A stretch of 64,000 nucleotides of DNA from positions 34,079-98,078 of the forward strand of contig CAYJXA010000001.1 in the NCBI GenBank assembly GCA_964373955.1. The letters are read 5' to 3'. Made by a program: the position numbers and the translations under genes. The notes below the pieces were generated by a model. That model was not told the origin of the DNA. It saw only the letters and a program-made list of their open reading frames with translations, and made no database searches. This document shows, piece by piece, positions 18,771 to 27,566 of this stretch. Within the stretch, counting starts at the first letter, position 1. The number at the start of each line of letters is the position of its first letter. Source of the stretch: an uncultured Methanosarcinales archaeon (GTDB lineage: Archaea > Nanobdellota > Nanobdellia > Woesearchaeales > GW2011-AR9).

Positions 18771-19826
18771 CTATTCTCCCTGAGGCCGTAACCGGGCTCT
18801 TCGTAGTTCTCCCCTTAGGAATTTCTCCCGGTCATCATGCATGGTTTTGTTCCATGCAACATACAAATTCCACCACAGCAATATGTGCCTTTTCTTTATA
18901 CCTAACAGAATACAGCTCCGTTCATAGTGCTGAAGAAAATCCTCATCATTTTCCAATCTTATTGCTGCGATAGCCTGATGGAGAGTCGATGAAGGAAGGT
19001 TCTTAATCTCCGCGTTTTGACGAAAGAGGGAATTTATCTCCGAAATTGGAACTGCCTGGCCGCTCTTTAGATGTAAGCTGGGTTCACCCTGCTGGTGATA
19101 ATATGCTAGAGCAATGACAAATGCCATCAAGAATCCCATCGCATATGCTTCTTCTTGAAAATATTTACGGTATACCTCCCATAAAGCGGGTCTGTCCAAG
19201 TCAAAACTGTACACCAATCGCTGTAAATCTTTTCGGTATTTCGCAAGGGCTTTGCTGGACAGCTGGACTGTTTCACTTTCCCGCCGTCGAACTAACTCGG
19301 CAAACCCTTCCTGACGCAAAGTAAATAGTATCATTCGGAAACAATGCTTATTATCAATCATTTTTAATGCCCCGGCCTGTTTCAGTGCAGCAATAAAAGG
19401 GGATAGTTTTAGATAATCCACATAATGGCCGACTTCATGAGCCAGTGCCCCACGAAAAGCGGAATGATTTTCTCTGGTTATGCACTGAAGGCTAACGGCA
19501 ATGAAATCTCTTAGCGGGTAGGTAATAACGCACGTGAATTCATCGGAAAGATGGCCCTGAAAGTGAGGGTGATCTTCATTAACCAGAATTAAACTAAAAT
19601 TGATTGAATTGCTAAAATAAGACTCTAAAGATTGTATCATTTGGGCATAAGAATCCAAGAGACGTTTATAACTTTGAGCATGAGCTCCTTTAAACTGTGC
19701 AATTGAGACAGTAGTTTTTTTTAATTCTCCCGCAAGTATAGCTGCGTAAGTAGGACCGGGAACGGAATTATAGACACGAACGTCAAATTTCTTTCCCGCA
19801 CTGGAAAATGAAGTAGTAACGAGCAT
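18771..19826 (-). CDS. predicted zinc metalloprotease-like protein (HExxH)
   Basis: LAHEVGHYVDYL is a zincin motif; 351 aa. Confidence 0.45.
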   Translation of the reverse strand: MLVTTSFSSAGKKFDVRVYNSVPGPTYAAILAGELKKTTVSIAQFKGAHAQSYKRLLDSYAQMIQSLESYFSNSINFSLILVNEDHPHFQGHLSDEFTCVITYPLRDFIAVSLQCITRENHSAFRGALAHEVGHYVDYLKLSPFIAALKQAGALKMIDNKHCFRMILFTLRQEGFAELVRRRESETVQLSSKALAKYRKDLQRLVYSFDLDRPALWEVYRKYFQEEAYAMGFLMAFVIALAYYHQQGEPSLHLKSGQAVPISEINSLFRQNAEIKNLPSSTLHQAIAAIRLENDEDFLQHYERSCILLGIKKRHILLWWNLYVAWNKTMHDDREKFLRGELRRARLRPQGE

Positions 19827-19868
19827 GAAAGAGAATAACGAGAGAGGTTATATTAATATTTCGACAAA

Positions 19869-20981
19869 TTACCCAAACATCCTTTCCAAGAACCCTTTGC
19901 TAGGTTTTTCCTCATGCAACTGCTTAATTAATTCAATCTGCTTCTTGCTTAACTTCTTAGGCACTTCAATCTTTACTTTCACCATTTGATCTCCCTCTTC
20001 TCCATGATGAACATCAGGAAGGCCCATTCCTCCCATTCTAAAAACTGTTTCCGAAGCTGTTCCCGCGGGAATTTTCAAAGTCGCTTTTCCGGTGATAGTG
20101 GGAACTTCAATTTCATCTCCCAGCACTGCCTGCGTAAATGAGATAGGAATCGTAAGGTGCAAATCATTTCCTTTACGTTCAAAGAATTTGTGCGGTTGAA
20201 GATGGATCACCACATATAAATCGCCGTTTGAACCGTTATTTTCTCCCACTTCTCCTTCGCCTGCTACACGCAACTGCATGCCCCCATCTATGCCGGCGGG
20301 AATTTTAACTTCAATCTTCTTCTTCCGTCGTTGTAACCCTTCACCGCCACATTCTTTACAAGAATCTTGAGGTAATTCACCTCTTCCATGGCAGTAAGGA
20401 CAGGGCCCAGTTTGCTGGAAAATGCCGAAGGGTGTGCGCTGCGTTTTTTTCATGTAGCCTGAACCATGGCAATGGTGGCAATTTTCAAAAGAAAGTGCTC
20501 CTTTCCCATGACAAGCAGTGCAACGTTCCAGCTTGTTGAGCTGAATCGTCTTCTCAGCTCCTTTGGCTGCTTCTTCAAGCGTTATCTCTAACTCGTATGC
20601 TAGGTCTGATCCCCTTCTCCCCCGAGAAGATTTCCTGCCTTCCCCTCCAAAAAGGTGATCAAAGACATCATCAAAGTTGCCAAAGGTTCCCGAACGGAAC
20701 TGGGACATGATGTCAGAATAATCAAATCCTTCAAAGCCCCCAGCTCCTCCTTGAAAAGAAGAACTGCCAAATTGATCGTACTGCTGCCGCTTTTTATCAT
20801 CTCCTAACACGGAAACAGCTTCATTAATTTCTTTGAACTTTTCTTCGTATTCCTTCTTCTTATCCTCTGGCGCCCGGTCGGGATGATAAACGAGCGCTAA
20901 TTTCTTGAAAGCTTTCTTTATTTCATCCTTGCTTGCGTTCTTGCTGATTCCCAGGATTTTATAGTAATCTTTGTCGGCCAT
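19869..20981 (-). CDS. dnaJ: chaperone DnaJ
   Basis: J domain YYKILGI...YHPDR; a Gly/Phe-rich region; four CxxCxGxG zinc-finger repeats. Confidence 0.95.
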   Translation of the reverse strand: MADKDYYKILGISKNASKDEIKKAFKKLALVYHPDRAPEDKKKEYEEKFKEINEAVSVLGDDKKRQQYDQFGSSSFQGGAGGFEGFDYSDIMSQFRSGTFGNFDDVFDHLFGGEGRKSSRGRRGSDLAYELEITLEEAAKGAEKTIQLNKLERCTACHGKGALSFENCHHCHGSGYMKKTQRTPFGIFQQTGPCPYCHGRGELPQDSCKECGGEGLQRRKKKIEVKIPAGIDGGMQLRVAGEGEVGENNGSNGDLYVVIHLQPHKFFERKGNDLHLTIPISFTQAVLGDEIEVPTITGKATLKIPAGTASETVFRMGGMGLPDVHHGEEGDQMVKVKIEVPKKLSKKQIELIKQLHEEKPSKGFLERMFG

Positions 20982-20985
20982 GTAG

Positions 20986-21612
20986 TTAGTTAAGATTTAT
21001 TTTTTCTCCTAATTCTTCTGCTGTAAAAAGGAGGTGATTAAATAGTTTGCGTTCATAATCATATTGTTCCTGTTGTACGTCTTCCCAATTAATGTTTCTT
21101 TTCCGGATCCAATGCCCGTAGCGTTCATAAATGTAGTTCATGCGCTGAGCTAAAGGAACGACTTTATTTCCCAAGACTCGCCAATCAACATAATGGATAA
21201 ATCTGGTTTCTTCACTTACTTCCGCTTTAGGGTTTCTAGTTAATCCATCTAATTCCAGGAATAAGTGCGCAAATTCAGGGAATTCTTCTTTGAGCAGCAG
21301 GTAGGTAACGTATGTTTCGGAATGTCCTTTATATTGTTCCCGTAGTTTCTGATGCATTTGAACTTCGTCGGGGGTTGGTTGGTAATTGTAAGGGGGATCA
21401 GTGAGCCGTTCCAAGACCACCGCTTTCATGAAGTCGTGCAAGAGCGAGAAAGGAGCAATAACTTCTACTTTAATTGGATATCCTTCTCGTTGCAATTCTC
21501 CTGCGAGAAAGATCGCTACTTTGTGAACAGTTTTGCAATGTTCTTTGACTGTGCCTGGAACTTTATACTGCTCGAAGAGTTCCTGGCAATGCTGAAGGGT
21601 GGGGAGATTCAT
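20986..21612 (-). CDS. HD-domain phosphohydrolase
   Basis: H...H...LLHDFMK arrangement typical of HD metal-binding residues. Confidence 0.55.
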   Translation of the reverse strand: MNLPTLQHCQELFEQYKVPGTVKEHCKTVHKVAIFLAGELQREGYPIKVEVIAPFSLLHDFMKAVVLERLTDPPYNYQPTPDEVQMHQKLREQYKGHSETYVTYLLLKEEFPEFAHLFLELDGLTRNPKAEVSEETRFIHYVDWRVLGNKVVPLAQRMNYIYERYGHWIRKRNINWEDVQQEQYDYERKLFNHLLFTAEELGEKINLN

Positions 21613-22250
21613 GACAATAATTCCCTCCTAGCCCTTTCAATACTCTTAGGAACCATTTCTATTAATACATCTCTCAGACGTTGATAAGCTGGAAAAAGTT
21701 CACAGAAAGCTATTGGAAGTTTATTCATGCCGGCATACACGGGTAATACTTCTATCAGGGGCGTAGACGCTGCATCTTGGTACAGTTCCCGAACTAAAAG
21801 TTCCGGTCTTTTGGCTACTGGCAAGATTAAATGGACATCCTCTCTAACTCGCGTCGGCTGAAAACAAGGTCCCGCTATTCTTAATCCAATTTCTTCCAGA
21901 GCTTGATTTCGAGATTGTTCTTCAAAACTAGCCAGAGCATAGAAGCAGCTATTAACAGAGTCTACTCCCGCATGGACACCGAACAAGGCAATTTCTCCTG
22001 CTAAATGAAGAAGTTCTGGAATGGAATGTGCATACACGCCATTTTCAAGAGCGGAAGCGACAAAAGCAGCTTTAGTTTCTGGGGTGGCTTTTACTGTTCC
22101 ATCTGGAAATAATCCACACCCACTAGAAGAAACAGTAATTCTATCGGCTAGGCCTTGCTTGCGGATATAATCACTCGCAATTGCTTCGGCCATAGGGCTC
22201 CGTCCATTATTGCCGTAACAGACATATTCTATGTTAATATGTTGATTCAT
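21609..22250 (-). CDS. LMW protein-tyrosine-phosphatase / ArsC-like protein (paralog 1)
   Basis: CYGNNGRSPMAEAIA is a CX5R(S) P-loop, as in LMW-PTP and ArsC. The likely start is the internal Met; its ATG overlaps the upstream stop codon. Confidence 0.65.
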   Translation of the reverse strand: MNQHINIEYVCYGNNGRSPMAEAIASDYIRKQGLADRITVSSSGCGLFPDGTVKATPETKAAFVASALENGVYAHSIPELLHLAGEIALFGVHAGVDSVNSCFYALASFEEQSRNQALEEIGLRIAGPCFQPTRVREDVHLILPVAKRPELLVRELYQDAASTPLIEVLPVYAGMNKLPIAFCELFPAYQRLRDVLIEMVPKSIERARRELLS

Positions 22251-23554
22251 GATAATTTTCTCACTACTCCTTTCTCCGCATCTACCTCGACTTCCTCCCC
22301 TTCCTGTAACACTTTCGTGGCAATTTTTGTGCCAATAACACAAGGCTTTTTCATCTCCCGGCAGACAATCGCTGCATGAGACGTAACTCCCCCCAAATCT
22401 GTAACTACTGCGCCTGCTAATTTCATCACCGGAACATAATCCGGGGTGGTTTCAGAAACAACCAAGATGTCTCCAGGGTTCATTCGGTGAAAATCGTGAA
22501 CAGACTTAAGCAGCTTTACTTTTCCTTTGGCTTTGCCCAGTGAAGCCGGCATGCCTTTGATATGGTCTATTCCCGTTACTTTTACAGCTATATTTTCTTT
22601 TTCTCCCGCTAGTTCGTTCCCCACAAAAATATGTTCCTCGCCATCAATTACGATAATGCCAAACCCCTTCATTCGTTCTCGCAAGGTAGTTTGAGCTTGG
22701 AATTGTTTGTCTCTGATTTCTGTAAGAGTATGCTGCACCATCTCCTCAAAAGTTAATCCTTGCTGGCGAGCAAGCGTCTCAAACCAAGGCCAGAAGTGGA
22801 AGGCAATTTTGTTCAGGCTTTCGATGAAGTGAAAACGGAGAAATGCTAATCCCTCAGCCACTTTTAATTCCGGCCAGTGTAAATCTAGAGGTTTTATGTC
22901 CGCGTGCAAAGGAGGTTCAAAAGTGCGTAGTTCTTCTCTTACTTTTTCTTTGGAGAGCGGCGTTCCCCACATGACATTAATGGTGGTCCAGCTGTATTTT
23001 TGTAGGAAGGTTGAAATATCCTGTTCGGTGAGCTTGCCTTGTTGATGGAGCGAAGCAAGTTTGGCGAATTGCGCGTCTCGTTCCATGAATTCAAGCCCTT
23101 CATGTTTTATCTGTCCCAAAACAGGGTACAATTCAATACCTTCCTGGGCGCATTTTTCACGTAAAGCTTTGGTAATCCCTTCATCAATTTGGTGAATTAT
23201 TAACCAGTAACACATCATGAGGCGTAAGTTCTCTAAGAAGAGATGGAATGAACCTAGGGAAGAATAATCATATCGTGCGGTAAGAAATTCTTGCGCTGAT
23301 TTTTTTGCGTCGGAAATAAAGGTAAATAAGTATTCAAAATCTTTCTCTTTCATCTTTGCATAAAAAAATTGTTCTAAGGCATCCCAGCCTTCTTTATCCA
23401 TGAATACTTCTCCATCAACGACTTTATATCCTTCTTTTATCGCCGGGAGATTATGTTTTTTGAAGACATGCTGAGAGTAGTAATGAGCGAAGAGGGAGCT
23501 GGTTAAAGGGACTGATTCCCAATGTCCTAGATATCGCCAGGTTGTTTCTTTCAT
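22247..23554 (-). CDS. uncharacterized helical domain fused to C-terminal PEP-utilizing-enzyme mobile (phosphohistidine swivel) domain, paralog A
   Basis: The C-terminus GDILVVSETTPDYVPVMKLAGAVVTDLGGVTSHAAIVCREMKKPCVIG matches the swivel domain. The N-terminal part has no ATP-grasp (PPDK_N) motifs. Confidence 0.7.
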   Translation of the reverse strand: MKETTWRYLGHWESVPLTSSLFAHYYSQHVFKKHNLPAIKEGYKVVDGEVFMDKEGWDALEQFFYAKMKEKDFEYLFTFISDAKKSAQEFLTARYDYSSLGSFHLFLENLRLMMCYWLIIHQIDEGITKALREKCAQEGIELYPVLGQIKHEGLEFMERDAQFAKLASLHQQGKLTEQDISTFLQKYSWTTINVMWGTPLSKEKVREELRTFEPPLHADIKPLDLHWPELKVAEGLAFLRFHFIESLNKIAFHFWPWFETLARQQGLTFEEMVQHTLTEIRDKQFQAQTTLRERMKGFGIIVIDGEEHIFVGNELAGEKENIAVKVTGIDHIKGMPASLGKAKGKVKLLKSVHDFHRMNPGDILVVSETTPDYVPVMKLAGAVVTDLGGVTSHAAIVCREMKKPCVIGTKIATKVLQEGEEVEVDAEKGVVRKLS

Positions 23555-24636
23555 GGTATTTTTCGTACTGTTCCTTTTTCTGCGTCTACTTCGACAAGGT
23601 CGCCGTCTTTGAATATCTTCGTTCCATAATTAGTTCCTACAATACAGGGAATGCCTAGTTCTCTACTTACGACAGCCGCATGCGACATCAATCCACCCTG
23701 ATCGGCAACAATAGCCTTTGCTCTACTGCATAACGCCATCAATTCCGGACTCGTGGTTTGTGCTATCAAAATTGCACCATCTTCCATCCTGTCAAAAACT
23801 TTTTGAACCAGAGACATATCATTAAACATTGGCGCAATAACTACTTTCCCGGTTACTTTTCCCTTATTAGCGATCGTTCCGGTAACCGAATCCTGCATTT
23901 TCGTTGGTAGTAAAGACTGTACCAGTATTCCAGCTTCTCTTTCTGGAATTTCAGAAATCTCTCCCTCCTGAGACAAGAGAGCAATGCATTCTTTTCTCTT
24001 CAGTATATTTTCCATATTTGGCTTTTCACCATCAAACAAATCCAAGATTTCTTGGTACGAGAGATATCGAGCGCTATCATCATCATGGAAATATTTTCGC
24101 GAGAAATAACACACGATATTAGGGATAACTCCATTGAGGAAAAAGAACTGACTCATTACTTTTCTCCCTTCCACTTTTGCTTCATAAAGATCATGTAAAT
24201 GAGGTGTAATGACTGGATTTTCCTCTTTCTTTTGGAAGGCAAGATTATGATGAGGAAATTCCGTGAACCCATACCAATACCAGTAGTTTTCAAGGAATTG
24301 AACTACGGAAACGAATTCTTCTTTAGTCATTTTTTCTGGAATCTGGCTATATTTGGAGAGAATATGCTTTTGTGCATGATCAATATGATGTCGCAATGCT
24401 GTTGATACCTTTTGATACTCCTGCGGATTGCTGAAGATTCGTACACCTTCCTGGAGGCATTTTTCTTCTCCTTCTCTATCAATAAAAGTACTCCAAAGCC
24501 CATTAGTGTATAAAATCACGATCTTATTTCTAGCGAGAGATGTTCTCCCGAAGATTTCACAATTTAGAAAAGAAGCAGTGATGATTCCATGGAACAATGG
24601 TTTAAAGTCTTGAGGATTTAGATTCATTTTAATCAT
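23551..24636 (-). CDS. helical domain plus PEP-utilizing swivel domain protein, paralog B
   Basis: C-terminus IVADQGGLMSHAAVVSRELGIPCIVGTNYG; overlaps the neighbouring genes by 4 nt. Confidence 0.7.
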   Translation of the reverse strand: MIKMNLNPQDFKPLFHGIITASFLNCEIFGRTSLARNKIVILYTNGLWSTFIDREGEEKCLQEGVRIFSNPQEYQKVSTALRHHIDHAQKHILSKYSQIPEKMTKEEFVSVVQFLENYWYWYGFTEFPHHNLAFQKKEENPVITPHLHDLYEAKVEGRKVMSQFFFLNGVIPNIVCYFSRKYFHDDDSARYLSYQEILDLFDGEKPNMENILKRKECIALLSQEGEISEIPEREAGILVQSLLPTKMQDSVTGTIANKGKVTGKVVIAPMFNDMSLVQKVFDRMEDGAILIAQTTSPELMALCSRAKAIVADQGGLMSHAAVVSRELGIPCIVGTNYGTKIFKDGDLVEVDAEKGTVRKIP

Positions 24637-26045
24637 AAAGAGGAAGTGTTAGATAACTTACGTACGGTGCCTGTTTCAGCGTCCACTTCCACTATATCTC
24701 CATCTTTAAATGCGGTCGTAGCAATATGCGTTCCCACAAGGCAAGGGATTTTAAATTCTCTGCTGATAATCGCAGCATGTGATAACATTCCGCCTTCTTC
24801 TGTCACGATCGCTCCAGCCCTGCTGGCAATATCAACGATATTCGGTTGAGTCATTTGGGTTATAAGAATATCTCCTTTCTTAAACGTCATGCGCAGTTCA
24901 TTATTTTGTTGAATGTTATTTGACTGTAAAATTCTAGCTATTCCTCTACATTTCCCGGAATTAGCGACCATCCCCTTCACTTCATCATTTTCTTTTATTT
25001 CATAAAGATTTCCTAATTCTTTCTTAGCTACATCCTCGGCTTCATTACCGGAGATTAGAATCACTTTTCCCGCTTTTAAAAGTCCCACTACGCATTTCTT
25101 TCGGTTGTTTTTTTCTTCCGAGGACAGAAATTCATGTTTCAACAATAGCTTTTCTATCTCTGGTGAGAAGTAATATTTAGTAAGATCAGATATATTTTCT
25201 CCCGTCCTGCGGGCAATTTCCGCAAATAAAGGAATAGTATAAAATTCAGTGCCTGCCCAGCAAGACTTAACTTCCATTCTGGACATCGCCAATTGCTGTG
25301 CGCGATGCACCAAAATCTGTAATTCCGGCTTGGAGGAAAGGATTGCTTCCTGCTTTTGCTGCAATTCCTCTTTTTCCCGACGTATATCCTTCCATTTTTG
25401 GTGCACAGAATCATGAGCATATCGTTGAGAAAGCGTGCCTAGAACATCATTCATGGTGAAATGGCAGGCCACCAGCCAAGGGTATTTTTCCACGTGGGTT
25501 ATCATTCTTGATTCGGAATAGGGTTGTGGTAGTATTTCCTGCCATTCCAGCTGTTCTTGGTTTAATACATCCACGCCGACAGGAGTAAGTAACACGGAAA
25601 CGTCTTTATCCGTACAATGTTTTCGTATGGCTTCGAGCAAATAATGCATTCCCTCTACTTGAGTTGGCCGGAAATAACTAATGGTTAATTGCCATTGCTT
25701 CCTAGCCTCAAGAACAAGATCCATTAATTCCTGATCAGAAATGTTTTGCCAAGGAATATTCTTTAATGACGTAAAAAAAGCGCGATGTTCTGTGCAGCGC
25801 TGCTTCAAGTCCTGTAAGAATCTAGCAGAAAGATTCTCATCGAGGAAAATTTTTCCTCTTTCTTGGTCTTCCTGCAGATCCTCGCTGGAGTGAAAGGTAG
25901 AAATGCGATTATCTCGAGAGATTTGGATGATATTTTTAGCTTGGTTCCAAGGAAAAAAATGGGGAAATTCCAGAAAACAAAATAGATTCAGCTCAATAGT
26001 CCAATGGGCTTGATAATTTCCCCATAAATATTGATAGTGTGGCAT
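24633..26045 (-). CDS. helical domain plus PEP-utilizing swivel domain protein, paralog C
   Basis: C-terminus GDILITQMTQPNIVDIASRAGAIVTEEGGMLSHAAIISREFKIPCLVG. Confidence 0.7.
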   Translation of the reverse strand: MPHYQYLWGNYQAHWTIELNLFCFLEFPHFFPWNQAKNIIQISRDNRISTFHSSEDLQEDQERGKIFLDENLSARFLQDLKQRCTEHRAFFTSLKNIPWQNISDQELMDLVLEARKQWQLTISYFRPTQVEGMHYLLEAIRKHCTDKDVSVLLTPVGVDVLNQEQLEWQEILPQPYSESRMITHVEKYPWLVACHFTMNDVLGTLSQRYAHDSVHQKWKDIRREKEELQQKQEAILSSKPELQILVHRAQQLAMSRMEVKSCWAGTEFYTIPLFAEIARRTGENISDLTKYYFSPEIEKLLLKHEFLSSEEKNNRKKCVVGLLKAGKVILISGNEAEDVAKKELGNLYEIKENDEVKGMVANSGKCRGIARILQSNNIQQNNELRMTFKKGDILITQMTQPNIVDIASRAGAIVTEEGGMLSHAAIISREFKIPCLVGTHIATTAFKDGDIVEVDAETGTVRKLSNTSSL

Positions 26046-26051
26046 ACGTCC

Positions 26052-26711
26052 TTAACCTAGTAATTCTCTGACAGCTCTATCTACCGTTCTTGGAACTGCA
26101 ATCCGCAAATGATCTCGTGCAGCTCGATATTCCGGAAGCAATCTGCAGAAAGGATTTGGTACATCTCCTTCCATCCCAGCGTATTCATTGAGAAGGGCAA
26201 TAGTTGGAGTATACCCAGAACCAGCGTATATTTGTCGAACTTGGTCTAGATTAGCTTTTGCCATAGCTAAGACGACATGTTGATCATCACTTCCATGAAG
26301 CATTGTAGGCCGATGATATTCGCGAGTAGCAACCAAACCTGCTTCCATCAATACTTGATCTCGAAATATTGCCTCTGCGCGAACCACATAATCAAATAAT
26401 TCTTGCACTAACTCTGGATCAGTTCCATGGCCCTGACCCTCCGCTAAGACTGCGGCAGCCTGATCTCTTCTCCACGATTCTTGATACACTCCGTTTGCAG
26501 CCGCCATTCGTACTATTTGCAGTTGTGCTTGAGTTTTCTCAGCTCCTTCTCTGAGGAACATTGGATGTAATCCGCTTCCACTCGAACGAACTCGCACTCT
26601 GTCCGCTAAGCCTTGTCGATGAACGTAGTCAGTAGCGATTGCCTCTGCTTGAGGACTTCTGCCATTATTCCCGGTACATACATATTCTAACGTCAAAAAA
26701 TTTTCAGTCAT
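26052..26711 (-). CDS. LMW-PTP / ArsC-like protein (paralog 2)
   Basis: CTGNNGRSPQAEAIA is a CX5R P-loop. It is clearly paralogous to the ORF at 21609-22250. Confidence 0.65.
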   Translation of the reverse strand: MTENFLTLEYVCTGNNGRSPQAEAIATDYVHRQGLADRVRVRSSGSGLHPMFLREGAEKTQAQLQIVRMAAANGVYQESWRRDQAAAVLAEGQGHGTDPELVQELFDYVVRAEAIFRDQVLMEAGLVATREYHRPTMLHGSDDQHVVLAMAKANLDQVRQIYAGSGYTPTIALLNEYAGMEGDVPNPFCRLLPEYRAARDHLRIAVPRTVDRAVRELLG

Positions 26712-26713
26712 TT

Positions 26714-27505
26714 TTATTTTCCTCCTTGTTGCATTCTTTCCATCATCCTCTGCACTGCCTGATCATGCAAATAACCTGCTTGCGTTTCCGTTAATCTTTC
26801 CCTTCCCATCATCGCTGCGCTAACTGCAAGCATAAAGTTATTCATTGACTCTTGCATTTGCATATTGCGAACATGATTTGGAAGGGCCATTTCCGTGCAT
26901 GCTTTCTCTCCACATACCAATATCCCCGGGCTAAACCCTATAAATGTGGGCTCAGGATAGGTGAAATGTTTTCTCTCAACATCACCGCCAAGCTTATACG
27001 GAGGAACTTTCCCGCAAAAACCACACAATTCACCACGCTCATTATCATCTCCATCCAGTATAAACCTTTGGTTAACGATTACTAATCCCCCCCGTTGCCC
27101 TGGCGATAATCGAGCAATATCTTCCAGGGGAATTGTGCCAACTGTTCCTTTAGTAGTTTCATACTTGACACGACACCCATCTATTGGGGAGCCTTCTCCT
27201 CCAATCTCCGGAAGGTGATAGATTGGTCGAGGGGTAACTCCGTGCCTTTCTCTGTACTCTCGCAAAGATTGATTAAATTCTGGAAGCGCTCTACGAAGTT
27301 GAGCGATGATATATTCATCAGCCCATCTCTGTAGCCTATGTAGACCCCGCCCAGAGTAGCGTCTGGTGTCCCAACGATTATTCAAGTTGAGGACTCTTTT
27401 TCGCTTATCCAACACCATTTTATATTCAGGACTACACCAGAGAGCTGCATTTCGAGCCATCATCGCATCCAAAGTAGCATTCCCGGTAGGTTCGTCTTTA
27501 AACAT
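26714..27505 (-). CDS. hypothetical protein (first gene of cluster 1)
   Basis: 263 aa in the same orientation and tightly packed with the cluster; includes CGFCGK and CGEKAC Cys pairs. Confidence 0.45.
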   Translation of the reverse strand: MFKDEPTGNATLDAMMARNAALWCSPEYKMVLDKRKRVLNLNNRWDTRRYSGRGLHRLQRWADEYIIAQLRRALPEFNQSLREYRERHGVTPRPIYHLPEIGGEGSPIDGCRVKYETTKGTVGTIPLEDIARLSPGQRGGLVIVNQRFILDGDDNERGELCGFCGKVPPYKLGGDVERKHFTYPEPTFIGFSPGILVCGEKACTEMALPNHVRNMQMQESMNNFMLAVSAAMMGRERLTETQAGYLHDQAVQRMMERMQQGGK

Positions 27506-27566
27506 AGAGTGATTTAATCATCCCTACTTTATAAACCTTTCCTTATTTACTACTTACTAGTTACAT

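Noticed and set aside
22247-26045. Annotating the swivel-domain proteins as PEP synthase / pyruvate phosphate dikinase
   Set aside because: There is no ATP-grasp PPDK_N signature (GGK, RSS..ED..SFAGQ) and no PEP-binding TIM-barrel domain. Only the mobile His domain is recognisable.
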